A DNA stretch of 63,648 bases, the filler included, from Octopus bimaculoides (Eukaryota): the NCBI RefSeq assembly GCF_001194135.2. It is 5 parts of 5 records of this genome, joined end to end, with 100 filler letters (N's around TTAATTAATTAA, not from the genome) between each part and the next. Parts side by side here need not be neighbours in the genome. Positions count along the whole stretch, not along the records: positions 1 to 1,831 come from NW_026343862.1; positions 1,932 to 13,635 come from NC_068982.1; 3 more parts are not named here. One strand, 5' to 3'. Shown here in pieces: positions 1 to 12,826 of the stretch. Every line of letters starts with the position of its first letter. The stretch's first letter is position 1. The notes below the pieces were generated by a model. It searched no databases, was not told where the DNA came from, and worked only from the letters and a program-made list of their open reading frames with translations. Both the position numbers and the translations under genes were made by a program.

Positions 1-42
<42 letters not shown>
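1..42. repeat. (ATAG)n microsatellite
   Basis: Perfect tetranucleotide run. Confidence 0.95.
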
Positions 43-43
<1 letters not shown>

Positions 44-54
44 TTGTAATATTC

Positions 55-540
55 AGAAAACTTTGAATGAATAAATTGGAAAGACAAAATCGCAGACACT
101 GAGGTACTCACCATTGCTAGTCTGACTAGCATCTACACCATCCTGGAGCAATCACAGCTTCGATGGACAGGTCATGTAGTTCATTTGCAAGACTACTGGT
201 TCCGAAAGAAACCTTTTGTATGGCGAACTTCAACAAGGCAAACGCTTCCAGGTAGACCAGAGAAATCGCTTTAAAGACATTTTAAAGGCTTCTCGATAGG
301 GCTTCAGCATCAGCCATCCCACGTGGGAGCAGGTGACTCAGAGCAGGTGTAAGGGCATGAAAACCTACGAAACCAACTGGATTATTCAGCTGAACAACGC
401 AGACAGACCAGGAAAACCAGTTCCATCAAATCCCCAACCGCTACCACGACCACCGGTTCTTGTTCACACTTGCAGAGAATCTTTCAGGTCCGGCTTGGCC
501 TGATCAGTCACCGACGCACCGACAAAGCCCAACACCCCGG
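55..540 (+). mobile_element. RTE-clade LINE 3' end, decayed
   Basis: Frameshifted translation NWKDKIADTEVL..SIYTILEQSQLRWTGHVV..YGELQQGKR..RFKDILKAS..CSHLQRIFQVRLGLISHRRT resembles the RTE/BovB C-terminus. Confidence 0.8.
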
Positions 541-543
541 GTG

Positions 544-1534
544 TTAGTCGAACAAATCGACCCCACAACTTAGTCTTTGTAAGCCTAGAATTATTTTATC
601 GGCTGTTTTGTCGAACCACTAAGTAACGGGGACATAAACACACCAGCATCGCTTGTCAGGCGATGACGGGGGAGACAAACACAAACACACACATCCAAAT
701 ATANNNNNNNNNNNNNNNNNNNNNNNNNNNNNNNNNNNNNNNNNNNNNNNNNNNNNNNNNNNNNNNNNNNNNNNNNNNNNNNNNNNNNNNNNNNNNNNNN
801 NNNNNNNNNNNNNNNNNNNNNNNNNNNNNNNNNNNNNNNNNNNNNNNNNNNNNNNNNNNNNNNNNNNNNNNNNNNNNNNNNNNNNNNNNNNNNNNNNNNN
901 NNNNNNNNNNNNNNNNNNNNNNNNNNNNNNNNNNNNNNNNNNNNNNNNNNNNNNNNNNNNNNNNNNNNNNNNNNNNNNNNNNNNNNNNNNNNNNNNNNNN
1001 NNNNNNNNNNNNNNNNNNNNNNNNNNNNNNNNNNNNNNNNNNNNNNNNNNNNNNNNNNNNNNNNNNNNNNNNNNNNNNNNNNNNNNNNNNNNNNNNNNNN
1101 NNNNNNNNNNNNNNNNNNNNNNNNNNNNNNNNNNNNNNNNNNNNNNNNNNNNNNNNNNNNNNNNNNNNNNNNNNNNNNNNNNNNNNNNNNNNNNNNNNNN
1201 NNNNNNNNNNNNNNNNNNNNNNNNNNNNNNNNNNNNNNNNNNNNNNNNNNNNNNNNNNNNNNNNNNNNNNNNNNNNNNNNNNNNNNNNNNNNNNNNNNNN
1301 NNNNNNNNNNNNNNNNNNNNNNNNNNNNNNNNNNNNNNNNNNNNNNNNNNNNNNNNNNNNNNNNNNNNNNNNNNNNNNNNNNNNNNNNNNNNNNNNNNNN
1401 NNNNNNNNNNNNNNNNNNNNNNNNNNNNNNNNNNNNNNNNNNNNNNNNACACACACACACACACACAAATATATACATATATATATACGATGGGCTTCAT
1501 TCAGTTTCCGTCTACCAAATCCACTCACAAGGCT
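544..1534 (-). mobile_element. tRNA-derived SINE family 1, partial, with N gap in its internal microsatellite
   Basis: Matches copies at 30243-30871 and 48385-48790 (gtcgaacaaatcgacccc..ggggacataaacacaccagcatc..tcagtttccgtctaccaaatccactcacaaggct). Confidence 0.8.
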
Positions 1535-1539
1535 GTGTC

Positions 1540-1672
1540 CAACTGAATAAGTATGAGACCTGAAAAACAAATAAGCAAAAAAAAAAAAGGCCCTGAGTTT
1601 GATTTGCGACGGTGCCCCAGTATGGGCCGCACCCCTTCGACTGAAACAAGTAAAAAGGGAGTAAAAGGGAAA
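1540..1672 (+). mobile_element. SINE family 1 3' tail fragment
   Basis: gatttg..ggtgccccagtatgggccgca..gactgaaacaagtaaaa is the reverse complement of the family tail. Confidence 0.6.
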
Positions 1673-1797
1673 TAAGATTATCCGACTGGCTTAAAAATTG
1701 CTAAATATCAAGGATTATCTCATGCTGTGATGTTGTGTGTGTGTGTGTGTGTGGTATGCAGGTTCGTATGCTTGTGCGCTCATGTATCTACGTGTGA

Positions 1798-1831
<34 letters not shown>

Positions 1832-1931
1832 NNNNNNNNNNNNNNNNNNNNNNNNNNNNNNNNNNNNNNNNNNNNTTAATTAATTAANNNNNNNNNNNNN
1901 NNNNNNNNNNNNNNNNNNNNNNNNNNNNNNN
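1832..1931. other. Artificial contig-joining spacer
   Basis: 44 N + TTAATTAATTAA + 44 N; stops in all six frames; identical at four sites. Confidence 0.9.
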
Positions 1932-2039
1932 TATATATATATGGATATATATATATATATATTATAAAATATTATTATTAATATCAGGGAATCAATATTA
2001 GAAAAGTCTTCAGAAAGATATATATATGTTGCGTAAAAC

Positions 2040-2640
2040 AATGTAATGGATTTTATCCATAATTATTATGGATTACTACAGAAGAATTACTAAGGAGGCA
2101 TATATGAATTTCAAGTTTCTCATACTAAAGTGTACTTACCAATTTCAAAAGCAGTAATTTTTAATTTATATTTCAAAGAAACACCATTTTCCCATATTGC
2201 ATCATAATTTAAAAAACAACCTAATATTCGTTAAAATATACAAATTTCACATTTGATATTTCTGAGGATCAGAAGACTTATCTAGAAATGCTTAACAATA
2301 TAGGATTCCATTATTCTATATTATCTAAGGCTATGAACTATATTTGGAATGGAGGATAATATAATGGATTTTACACATAACTGTCATGGATTATTATAGA
2401 AGACCTATCAAGGAAGCATATATGGATTTAAAGATTCTCATACTAAAAGTGTACTTACCAAAATCAAAAGCACTAATTTGAAATCTTTAATTTATATTTC
2501 AAGCAAACATCATTTTATCATATTTCTTCAGATAAAAAAAAAAAAAGTTGCATTCGATAACTTATACAAAATTTAAAGTTTATATCTCTGAAAAGCAGAA
2601 GAGTTATCTATAAATGCTTATCAATATTGGTTTCCATTAT
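2040..2640. repeat. Diverged tandem duplication, about 310-bp unit
   Basis: aatggatttt..ctcatactaaa(a)gtgtacttacca..aaatgctta.caatat..ttccattat occurs twice. Confidence 0.8.
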
Positions 2641-3699
2641 AGGGACAAACTCCTGCGAAACGATCGTAAAATGCTTTAAAAAATTAATTCAAAACTTTTA
2701 AACTGTCCTATTTATTATTATATATTTGTACTCATACATATTTACATATATTTATATATATTTATAGTTTTAATACAATCATTTCACACACGTAAATATC
2801 TTTCTGAAGAATTTTCTAATATTGATTTCCTGATATTAATAATAATATATTATAAAATATACATACAATCGCTCGTGTTAAATACATAAATACTTTAATA
2901 GTATTAATAATTTGATACAATAGAGCACTCAATATAAATTCAGTACTTAATATTCTCATTGAATATATTTAAGTAATGCCGGTAATAATAAATATTTCCC
3001 TATTGTTATCTCTTTTTTGTCACTTTTTATCTCTTTTTTTACTTCTTCTTTTTTTATCAAATAATCATTTCATCGTCACTGTACCTCAATTTTTTAAAAA
3101 CTTATGTGCCCACGATAGGATATGTTTGAGATCTGTACGAGATGAGTGTACTTGTCTCGGACAAATCCCAATGCTGGAATATAAGTTCAAAAGAAATGGA
3201 AGTAAAGAGTTGTATCACTGAAAATATTGCAACAATGTGAGGCAACGTTTATTTGTACAAAAAAGTTAGTGTTCATAAGATCTACCATCTCGTACCAGGG
3301 ATGACCTTGTGATAAGCGATAACTAAAAGATATTTCATAAAGTTGAATCTGAAAGGACCATGAATAATCTATGAAGAGTATTTCCATTCCCATGTAATGA
3401 TATTACAAAGAAATTTGAATGTGATTTTCACATGAATAAAATATAACATAGGTACGGTTATAAGATACTTCGAATTACTTTTGCGTGAAACGAACAGAAA
3501 TTATTCTGGCCTAGACTAAAACGAGAAAATAAAAAGAGACAGTAATTTGATAATGGAAAAAACAATATGCCATTCTATTATTTACCAAATCACATGTAAT
3601 ATAATGATGAGGAAATATGTGTATGGTATCAATCTTACAATAATTCAGCTGGTCATTATGTTACTTAGTAAGTTGTAACGCTTTCACGTGATTAGAGAA

Positions 3700-3967
3700 A
3701 AAGAAGCAGAAAGAGAAAAAAAAGGATAATGTGAAGAGTAATGCAGAAATAGAGAGAAAGAAAAAGACGGAGAGAGAAAGTAGTAGACGGAGAGAGAAAG
3801 AAGAAGACGGAGAGAGAAAAGAGGGAGAGAGAAGCGTCGTGACGTGAGGTAGGTGGAACATAATATTTACTACGTGGTTAAAAACATTAGTTGATGGTAG
3901 CGGAGTTGACGGTGCGGAATAAAGTTAACAAATTAGTAGAGGTGATGTTCTGATGGGGAAAGGAAAG

Positions 3968-4020
<53 letters not shown>

Positions 4021-4050
4021 NNNNNNNNNNAGAGAGAGAGAGAGAGAAGG

Positions 4051-4081
<31 letters not shown>

Positions 4082-4200
4082 AAGATACAGACAGACAGAT
4101 TGAAAGAGGGGGAGAAAGACTGAGAGAGACAGAGGGAGAGATATAATGATGACGGTGGCGGTGGCAGTGGTAATGGTGGAGGTGGTGATGGTTGGTGCAT
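3700..4200. repeat. Purine-rich low complexity, (GA)n and (GGT)n
   Basis: Repeated gacggagagagaaa units, GA run and GGT triplets. Confidence 0.85.
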
Positions 4201-4299
4201 AGTCCAAAGTAATTTTCTTTCATAGAACATTTTTATATCACCTATCACTAGGTGATATATCACCTATCACTAGCTGACATATATCACCTATCACCTAAC

Positions 4300-4600
4300 G
4301 CATGCGCATCCTAAACTTCTCATTCCCTTTAGAAAGAAATGAGCTTCCCGTTCGACTGTCATATGTAATGACTACCAATAAATCACAAGGACAGACATTT
4401 GATAAATTGGGGCTGTTCTTGCCTGAACCCGTATTCGGCTATGGTCGGCTATATGTTGCATTCTCAAGAGATTGTAAATTATCTGTTGTGGGAGATAAAG
4501 TCATCAACATTGAGAAACAAGAGAAAAAATGGTAGAACTTACACGAAGAACAAAGTGTGCAAAGAAGTATTGGACTGAAAGGTGCACGCAAATTGAAATA
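4300..4600 (+). mobile_element. Helitron RepHel C-terminal Pif1-like helicase remnant
   Basis: ORF 4302-4535 FPLERNELPVRLSYVMTTNKSQGQTFDKLGLFLPEPVFGYGRLYVAFSR matches Helitron motif FPVRLAFAMTINKSQGQT..VFSHGQLYVAFSR. Possible CTAG/T terminus at 5077-5081 is weak. Confidence 0.85.
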
Positions 4601-6537
4601 TGTGTTGGCTCTGACCGAGTGCCCCGGCTTATAAGTTACCAATGATGTGGTATTAAGTGTATGCCATGTTGCATTAAATTTTTACCCTCGTGAAATTATA
4701 ACCCCTATATTTTACATATAAAATATTTATTTTACTATAAAATTTCTGTTTTCTAGATATGAAATTGCCGCCGTATAAATCAAAAATGTAATTTTTTTCT
4801 GTTTATGGAGAAAATGGAAAAAGAAGAATGAATATTTATTTTATGAGTGTAGTGTATAAAGACAATACAATTGAACATAAAGTATATAAAGTATGTATAT
4901 AAAGTGCATTAAGTCATCATCGTAAGCCAATTTCCTTAATTTTGAATGAATACCAGATGAGCGACTGTCATTTGGTACAGACTGAACACAGGCTAAGCTT
5001 TCAGCTTTTTGAATAAAGTTCTCAGGTATAACCCAATAGGTTTAATAATAATTTTGTGAATTACTAACGGGTCCTGCTAGTCAAAATCAAAAGGCTAACA
5101 ACAAATTAAAAACATTAAAAATATTCGTTTTCGTGAATTATGTTTCTTACGATATATTATTTTTTTACGCGATTTATTTCATTGTCTACAACATAGGTAA
5201 TATTTCTACAGTATGCTATAGGTGTTTCATGTTTCAGGTTGTCGTTTTGTTGGTATTCAAGCAGGTTATTACAGTTTTCGTTATTACAGTTTCCGTCGTA
5301 GTCGTATTGCTGACAGTTATGTTGTAATTATCGTTTAGCTCTAGGTGAACCATGTTGCGGAGATTTATCTTGGCATTGTCCAGCTGCTACTGTCTTATTT
5401 CTTTCAAGTTAGCTTTTATGTATAGTTATTGGTTTCTTTAACAGAAATGTTTTATTTTTATTTTTTATGAAAGGTTTGGCTGCAACGACAAGGAGTTCAT
5501 CTGGCACCGTAGATAAGGGGTTTATCTTACGTCGTTCATCGTAAAAAATCCCGTATAATATCGGAAGAAAATACAGTTGCTATTTAGTTCGGTATTCGTA
5601 AGCATGAACATATTTTCTATACAGATATTTTAGGATACTGCGGACAACATTTGTGTTAATATGTAGAAAGCATGGCGTTTGTTACTTGCAAGTACATAGA
5701 TAAATATGGAATACATAAACTTAAATGCAATTTAGACTTTGCATTAATTTTCTACTTGTTTTGATGTAAAGACTGTACGTGGAGACTGAATTTTTCTATC
5801 TAGAGAGAGTCATTACGGTGATAACAAGAATGCACAGTTTTTGTATCACTTAGTTTGTTATCATTAATACCAATATTTAATTATAATATCATATTAGAGA
5901 AAGAAATAATAAAAATGTAAAGTAGAAAAAGTGCTTGTTTTGTTTTATTATTAGTTTAATAGCTCAAAAAAAAATAAAACAAACTTACTCATTCCTTATA
6001 TATTGGAAACATTGTCTCATGTGCAAATTTTCGGCAATTAGATTTTCAAAGATTTGTTTATTTCACATTCAAAGGACAAAATACATATTCATATGAAAGA
6101 ACAAATCCTTCCTGAAGTAGAAATTTCAATGAATTCATTTCAGATATATTATAAACATGGAATATTTTAGGCAGCAAACCGCGGCAGATAAGTCTAAACA
6201 ATTTTCACCTAATAATATTTTGGCAAAACACTCATAAATGATTACATTTCAATGATGGAAATAGTGTTTAAGAAAATAAAAATGTCCTTATGTTTCTTTA
6301 AAACAATAATGCACCGATATTTTCAATCTTCGTTACAAACACAAATGACTTTCTAAATAGTCTTCGTACTTGAAACGAGTAATATTATGTTTAAAATAAT
6401 GTAAACTGTTATCAGAGCGTTCGGGTTAAATCTGACGTTTTCTTTATGTCTTCTTTCTTCAGGAACAGCCTGATGTATTCATGAATATTGGAAGACGTTG
6501 GAGAGCATGGAAGTTAAATTTGAAGTTGTGAAAAGGT

Positions 6538-6854
6538 TAGTTGACATAAAGGGCAAAAATCATCTGAATGTTGGGGTATCTTAATGCCGACATCATAGTT
6601 GCTGCTCCGTTATCTATGAACGCTGTAAATGCTGTAAGATGTGAAGTGGGCAGCTGCAACGGAAATTAGGAAGCTGTGGCCGACAGGGATTCTGACTGCG
6701 TCCGCACGCCGGAGTTCATCAGCAACTCTTTGAATAGGGACTTAAGCTCTATTCGGACGGCTATGTGAAGCTGCTATAGTCTATAGTCAATTCCTGACTG
6801 GAGAGAATGGTTTCTGGAAAGCAGCGTTAGCTCGATAATTAAGTCTTCGTCCAG
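6538..6854 (-). pseudogene. Possible gag-protease-like (retropepsin) remnant
   Basis: About 105-codon frame with two internal stops containing AFIDNGAATMMS (6603-6620 = FIDNGA), similar to the D[ST]GA motif context. Confidence 0.3.
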
Positions 6855-7842
6855 TTAATAGGGGCACGCTGTAATTTCAGTCACGTACACGCTATGGAAA
6901 CCAATTTAAGCTTCGGTCCAATGTGTCTTAGTGCCTAACTCTAACTGTACAAGACAGAATTTAGGGATTTCTTAAATGAGGATGCAAAAAATAATCGTAA
7001 TAAAAAAATGATATTATTTAATATTTTATTGCATATCACGTTTATATCAAAATCATTTTGATATTTTGAAAGTTTAAAGTAACAGAATTTTATGGATTGA
7101 AAATAGTTTACAAGCTACATAACAATAATTAAATGCAAAATTTATATTAAATATCAATATCTCATTATGGCTGATATTTTCCGTTTAAGCGGTACAGTTG
7201 AAACACGCCACTGTATTCGAATAACGAATTCAACTGCAACAAATACAATGGTGAATGGTGTGTTAGAAAGGGCAATTACAATAGACAGCTAAATAATATC
7301 TTTTGTAGAATGTTTAAATGATGATTCGAAAAAAAATGTTATTGTTAGTCAAAAGTAATAAAATAACATTACAGATATACTAATATTTATCTATGAAGAA
7401 CATTAAAATGTAAGAATTCGATATAGTGATAAGAAAACAATACGGTTATTATTAAAGTATTTGTTACTAATGCCAAAAGATAACTATTCGGTGTTAAAGC
7501 CATAATAGTGATGAGCAAATAATTTGCACTCTCCAGTACTAGCTCAAATGACTAAAGTAAACTTATTGTTGTTTGCGCATGATATTTTCAAGCTAGCATT
7601 TTATTAGAATTTGCTTTAATCTGTTAAAAGAAAACTGGAATAATATTGACTGCACTTTACATCAATCTACTTCTAGATTTTAACCAGATACCTAACAATG
7701 TAATCGTGTAAAGAAAAACAATCATATATGAATACATATGAACCCATGTTAGAAATTTAACATTTAGCATATGTTAAATACAGTAATATAAGTTATTATA
7801 AAATTAAAATGTAATATTTTTTCACCGGAGAAACGTTTTGCT

Positions 7843-7881
7843 ACTTATTTCCATGACTTATTTCCATGACTTATTTCCATT
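7843..7881. repeat. 13-bp tandem repeat x3
   Basis: cttatttccatga repeated. Confidence 0.9.
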
Positions 7882-8865
7882 GCAAAATTCGAAACGAGGA
7901 AACAGGAAACATTGAACTCTTGATTTTCATAAACGCTTCACATTAAATAACTTGAAAGTTTAGAACAAAGTTAAAGATATCACGCATAAAGAAAATGTAT
8001 CCTACACAAAGGAAATCTAAACGGAATGAAAAATAAATAAATAAGCTTACTTTACATCTGGGGGTGCTTAGAGGGTGTGGGTGTGACCTCGTGCAAATAA
8101 CCTCTGATTGATTATGTACAGTGTCTAGCTACGATGTATCTTCGTAAAATATTCATTCGATTTCACTTGGAAGCAGGCAAACTTTATGTGAACGATAAAA
8201 GAAGTAATCATTTTCCAGATTGAAATTTAGAAATATTTAACTAAGATATATGTTAGAACGAGAAGATAAAAGTACGATCTCTTTTATGTCTTATTATCCC
8301 CACGTGCCTTCCTTCCTGACGCATTTCCCATAATCTTTTTACATCCGAGTTGAATTGAAATCCAACAGATCCATCTCGTTACAAAATGTTTTATGTAGAT
8401 TCCCCACCCATTGAAATATAGAGGCACGTAGAAATATAAGGAAACATATAATTCAATATTGACGCAATCAAGCACTACAGTTCTATATCATTTAATGTCC
8501 TATGTTATGACATTTACCTTGAAACACACATATATACGTGAATTTTCTCTATCGAAGTGTTAATGTTGTCATTAATATTTTAACTACTGATGTATATACG
8601 CATTTATATATATATAAACGTCAAAGGCCTTTCCATTCTTCCCGAGCGTCAAACTGATACGGTCGCTTGTCGTTCGTTCTCTCACCTGTCTTCTTCTTTT
8701 CTCTTCCGTAAATCATATGTATATATATATATATTATGGAGTCTCACGTCGTGAACGGCATATGAGGGTTAAGTACAATGCGTACATATTGATATAGATA
8801 TTAATTTAATGCATCGATTTTTTGTTAATACATTTGCCTTCGTTTGTTTTTCTGTAAATTCCAAC

Positions 8866-8947
8866 TACACACACACACACACCCACCCACACACACACAC
8901 ATACACGCATGCACACACACACACACACACACACAAACATATATATG

Positions 8948-8982
<35 letters not shown>

Positions 8983-9044
8983 AAACTTATAAACAGCTTA
9001 TTATAGTGGAAAAATAGTCATTCTATTTCTTATACTACTTCCAA

Positions 9045-9129
<85 letters not shown>

Positions 9130-9170
9130 GCTGCTGCTGCCGCTGATGCTGTTACTACTACTACAACCAC
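8866..9170. repeat. Compound (CA)n/(TA)n/(CTA)n/(CTG)n microsatellites
   Basis: Direct reading. Confidence 0.95.
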
Positions 9171-9544
9171 ACAAACACACACATATATGTATATGTGCAT
9201 ACTTGCATACGATAATATTTGAGGTTATCTCTGAATTTTTAGTTATCCATGTCTGTGTAGGTTACATAGGTGCAAACGTATAGCGACAGAATGTCGTGGA
9301 AATGTTTAAGAGAACTTGACACACGGATTCAGATTAATTCTGTTGTGAACTTACCCAGCTATTCTATTGTGCTGATGTGATTCGAATATTTTCCGCTAAA
9401 ATTCAGTTAACGTTCTGATTGCTGAAGGTTGCCGAATGAAATATGAACTAAAACATGAGTCAGTGAATTTCTGAGGGAGTGCTCAGTCTTTTCAGCCAAC
9501 TCAAATAACAAAATTTTAGTTCAAGTGATGATGACACTATAATT

Positions 9545-10810
9545 AATTTGGCAAGGTAGTACAATTTCAAGATCCAGTGTTATTATTCTTATTGTGGAGT
9601 TTGCAATAATAGCTAATTTGAACTGTATTTCTAAAGATCTTGTTGTGTATATGGGAATATGTATAGTGTGTATTTATCAAGTCCAGCAATATTGTATCTA
9701 TATTCGCAGGCAGGTTCATATTTTATGGAGGATTAAACCATAGTATTGTCCCCTGTCTGTCTTTTTAGCCAATCTACCTTTGTTTCAATATAAATTATAC
9801 GATTCTTAAAATTACAACTTTCTACTGCGGCGTTGTAATATGGACTACCTTTCTGACTATTGTTTCATCTGCGAATAATTTGGAAACGTCTGCTGATACT
9901 GTTATATAATTGATTTCATTGACAGAGGGCGGTTAGGGTGTCTCTGTCTCTCTATGTTGGAAGTACCCTCATTCGGTTTATTGAAGGCCATTTTTCCACT
10001 TCATTTAGCAGTTATTTCATCAATTCTTGGAGTTATTAATTTCATTACAACTATCGTTAATATACGATGAGAATGTATATTAATAGAACGACTCCCTTTA
10101 TTTTTATGATCTGTTTTGCCTCTGCAAAAAGTGATATTAAAGTCTATGAAAATAACTTCTTTAAGGTTAGTGTTGATTGTAAAATTTAGGTTTAGTTGAC
10201 CAAATTGTTTTGCATAATTCTTCCTTATACATATCACGACCATTTTTGTTATGCACTACTCCTAAACCGTCATTTGTATATAATCTTATGCTGCCGCCTT
10301 TTGTTTCGATTTTAGAGATATGGATAAGATATGTAAAGACCGAAAAGATCCCCTTTCACTGCTACCATATAGCTCCTCATAACAACATCAAATAGGTCAT
10401 TCCCATTCTTTTTCACCTAATCGGAATTGTCAGGAAAAAGCAATGACTTCATTGTATTCATTATATAATGGCAATCTCGGTCGATACAAGTGATGATTGT
10501 ATATACCTTATTAAACTCGCGTGCCTTTTGGAGCAGGCTTTTGAAGATCGAAGATTAAAAATCCATGTTGTCAAATTGTATGAATCTGTTTATGGACTGA
10601 TCTTCAAATTTCTTCAACCATTGAATGGTTGCTCTGCTACATGTCTATTGAGTAAAGTTTGACGAAGAGTTTGATCCGTTTGATCCGTCGTTTGATGATA
10701 GAATATAATATAGATTTGCAGAAAATGCATCTTTCACTTTCTGTGGGATCTGCTGCTGGGTTTTGCATGAAATTGCCTTTCTGGCCCTTCAGTCGTTTAA
10801 CTCTTTCACT
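9545..10810 (-). mobile_element. Penelope-like element RT and linker, decayed
   Basis: Pieces LKGQKGNF..PTESE, IQWLKKFEDQSINRFIQFDNMDF, KKNGNDLFDVVM, LYTNDGLGVV, LNFTINTNLKEVIFID and ILWFNPP follow the Penelope RT order. Confidence 0.85.
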
Positions 10811-11458
10811 CTGTCTCACGCGCTCTTTTTCTGTCATTCTCTCTTTCTCTCACACCCTGACACAAATTAAGGTGAAAAATGAATTTTATGAATGTAATGA
10901 AAACACTTCACATAAATACTGATTTGCTGTTTCGGTTTGACTCTAGACTATTGACTTTGCCTCAGACATAAGATTAGATATCACAGAATTCGTTTTTGAA
11001 ATCCTGTTACTATGCATTTTTCACAAGCTTTTTTTTCTTTGTTGCTATTTCCTCCACATCTTTACTTATTTCTTGTAGCCATATCTTAAACAACTTCCTG
11101 TGATATGCTTTTAGTTTCTTTTATACATTTTAAATACACCAAATGCAGAATAAGCCATAATTATAGAGGTGTTAATAAATTATATTTATCTGTTCAATAT
11201 TTTAGCATGCATAGAGTTGAGATAATTTAAATGTTCATACACACTATGACCATTTCATACAATAACTCTTGAAGACTATTGCATTCAAAATTGTAACCAC
11301 ATGTATTATACATTTAATTCGAAGTTACACCTTGTTCTCTATACTTTATAATAATCGTCTTTTATATCTATTTAGAGAAAAATTATAATCCAATCTGTAT
11401 TTCAGTGTATTAAATTTCAATAATTTACTATAAATGTTTAGAAAATTAATTTGCTTGT

Positions 11459-11501
<43 letters not shown>

Positions 11502-12660
11502 AAGAAAAAAAAAGAAAGAACAAATCCCCATATTTGCGCTCAGCTACAAAATATATTTCACGGAAATTCATTTCACTTTTACACCAAACATGTAAATGTG
11601 TTTTAGTTTAAGGTCTATATTTTCAGCTTGATTAAATGAAACCAAAAAAATTATTAGCAGTTCGTTAATGCACATAAATATTTCAATATGAGAGTCAAAC
11701 TTGAAAATTATAATATTAGTGTTTTATATCTATTGATATTTATTCCTCTATACATCATAAAAAAATTATTGCATTGCTGTTCATATACTTTTATAGTTAT
11801 TAACTTTATCTATCTAATTTTTTCCTGCATTTTAAACGAAATTAATGCAAAGTTATAATTACTTATTTAATTGGTTACATTCCATTATAACCTTTCAGAA
11901 TCATTTAATTTGATGTTACTTGTTTTCTCCTTGTTAGGCTTCATTAAATGATATATTTGTCTTCATCAGGTAATAGTGATCCTCGAGGTAAGATATTACA
12001 TACATATTACTTTACTGTCATAGTAACACTTGCGGTGGTATTCGTATCAGCGTTATATTTCATATTTTAGAATTATCGAATTACTAAATTTTGACTTTTC
12101 AGATTTTTTGTTGCTTTATAAAGAGCTAAGTGTTTATTTCATAATGTTCTGAAATTCACTTTATGTTTTCGTCAATAATACGTATAAAATATCTCTACGT
12201 TGTTTCGAATACACCCCATGAATAACAACCATTTCACGCATTACTAGAAAAAGAATTTTAAAACTCACAGATTCTACGCTATATTAACTTAAATGTAAAT
12301 CGCATGACTAAACAACACATTTATCCACTCAGTAGCAAACATCATAAACTTTTATAAACTCCTTGTTTCACCATGTTTCTTGCTTCCTTTCAAATAGAAT
12401 TCTAAAATGTAATCACCAGTCTCCTAAATAATAATTGTAAATCAGAATATAAAGTGTTTTATACATACATATGCATGAAGAAAATATTCGAAACCGCATA
12501 TAATTTGCATTAAAAATATTGGAGGCAAATGCTTCTACTGATGTGACACAATTTATTTAATTTATAAAGCAAACATGTTTTCATTAACTTGGAGCATTAG
12601 AAAAAAAAACAACTTTAAAATACATTTTTTTCTTAAAGTTCTTTATTTAAGACATGAGTA

Positions 12661-12790
12661 ATTATGTATAATATTTATTATTGACGGATATTTGTCCTCA
12701 TCTTGTTTGTAGTTAACACAACGTTTCGGCTGATATACCCTCCACCCTTCATCAGGTGTCTTGGGGAAATTTTTTGATGTTGTTGTTGTT
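12661..12790 (-). mobile_element. 3' half of tRNA-hammerhead repeat (copy A)
   Basis: Near-identical to 31565-31715 and both arms of 49306-49885. Confidence 0.85.
12715..12760 (-). ncRNA. Minimal type-I hammerhead ribozyme, intact core
   Basis: GACAC CUGAUGA A GGGUG gagggUAUAU CAGCC GAAAC GUU GUGUU: stem I GACAC/GUGUU, stem II with one mismatch, palindromic ACGU in place of stem III. Confidence 0.7.
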
Positions 12791-12791
12791 G

Positions 12792-12826
<35 letters not shown>
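12779..12826. repeat. (TTG)n(TTA)n tract at the LINE 3' junction
   Basis: Direct reading. Confidence 0.9.

Noticed and set aside
591-1570. Long ORFs in the supplied track spanning N runs (also 19317-20348, 33290-34499, 45512-46164, 53787-54876, 61743-63038)
   Set aside because: Artefacts of translating gaps as X.
2632-2672. Hammerhead-like remnant GGGA-caaac-TCCT..GAAACGATCGTA
   Set aside because: The CUGANGA core is absent; at best a relic.
6660-6730. Antizyme-like short ORF ending TCC-TAA
   Set aside because: The +1 frame closes after about 17 codons and shows no antizyme similarity.
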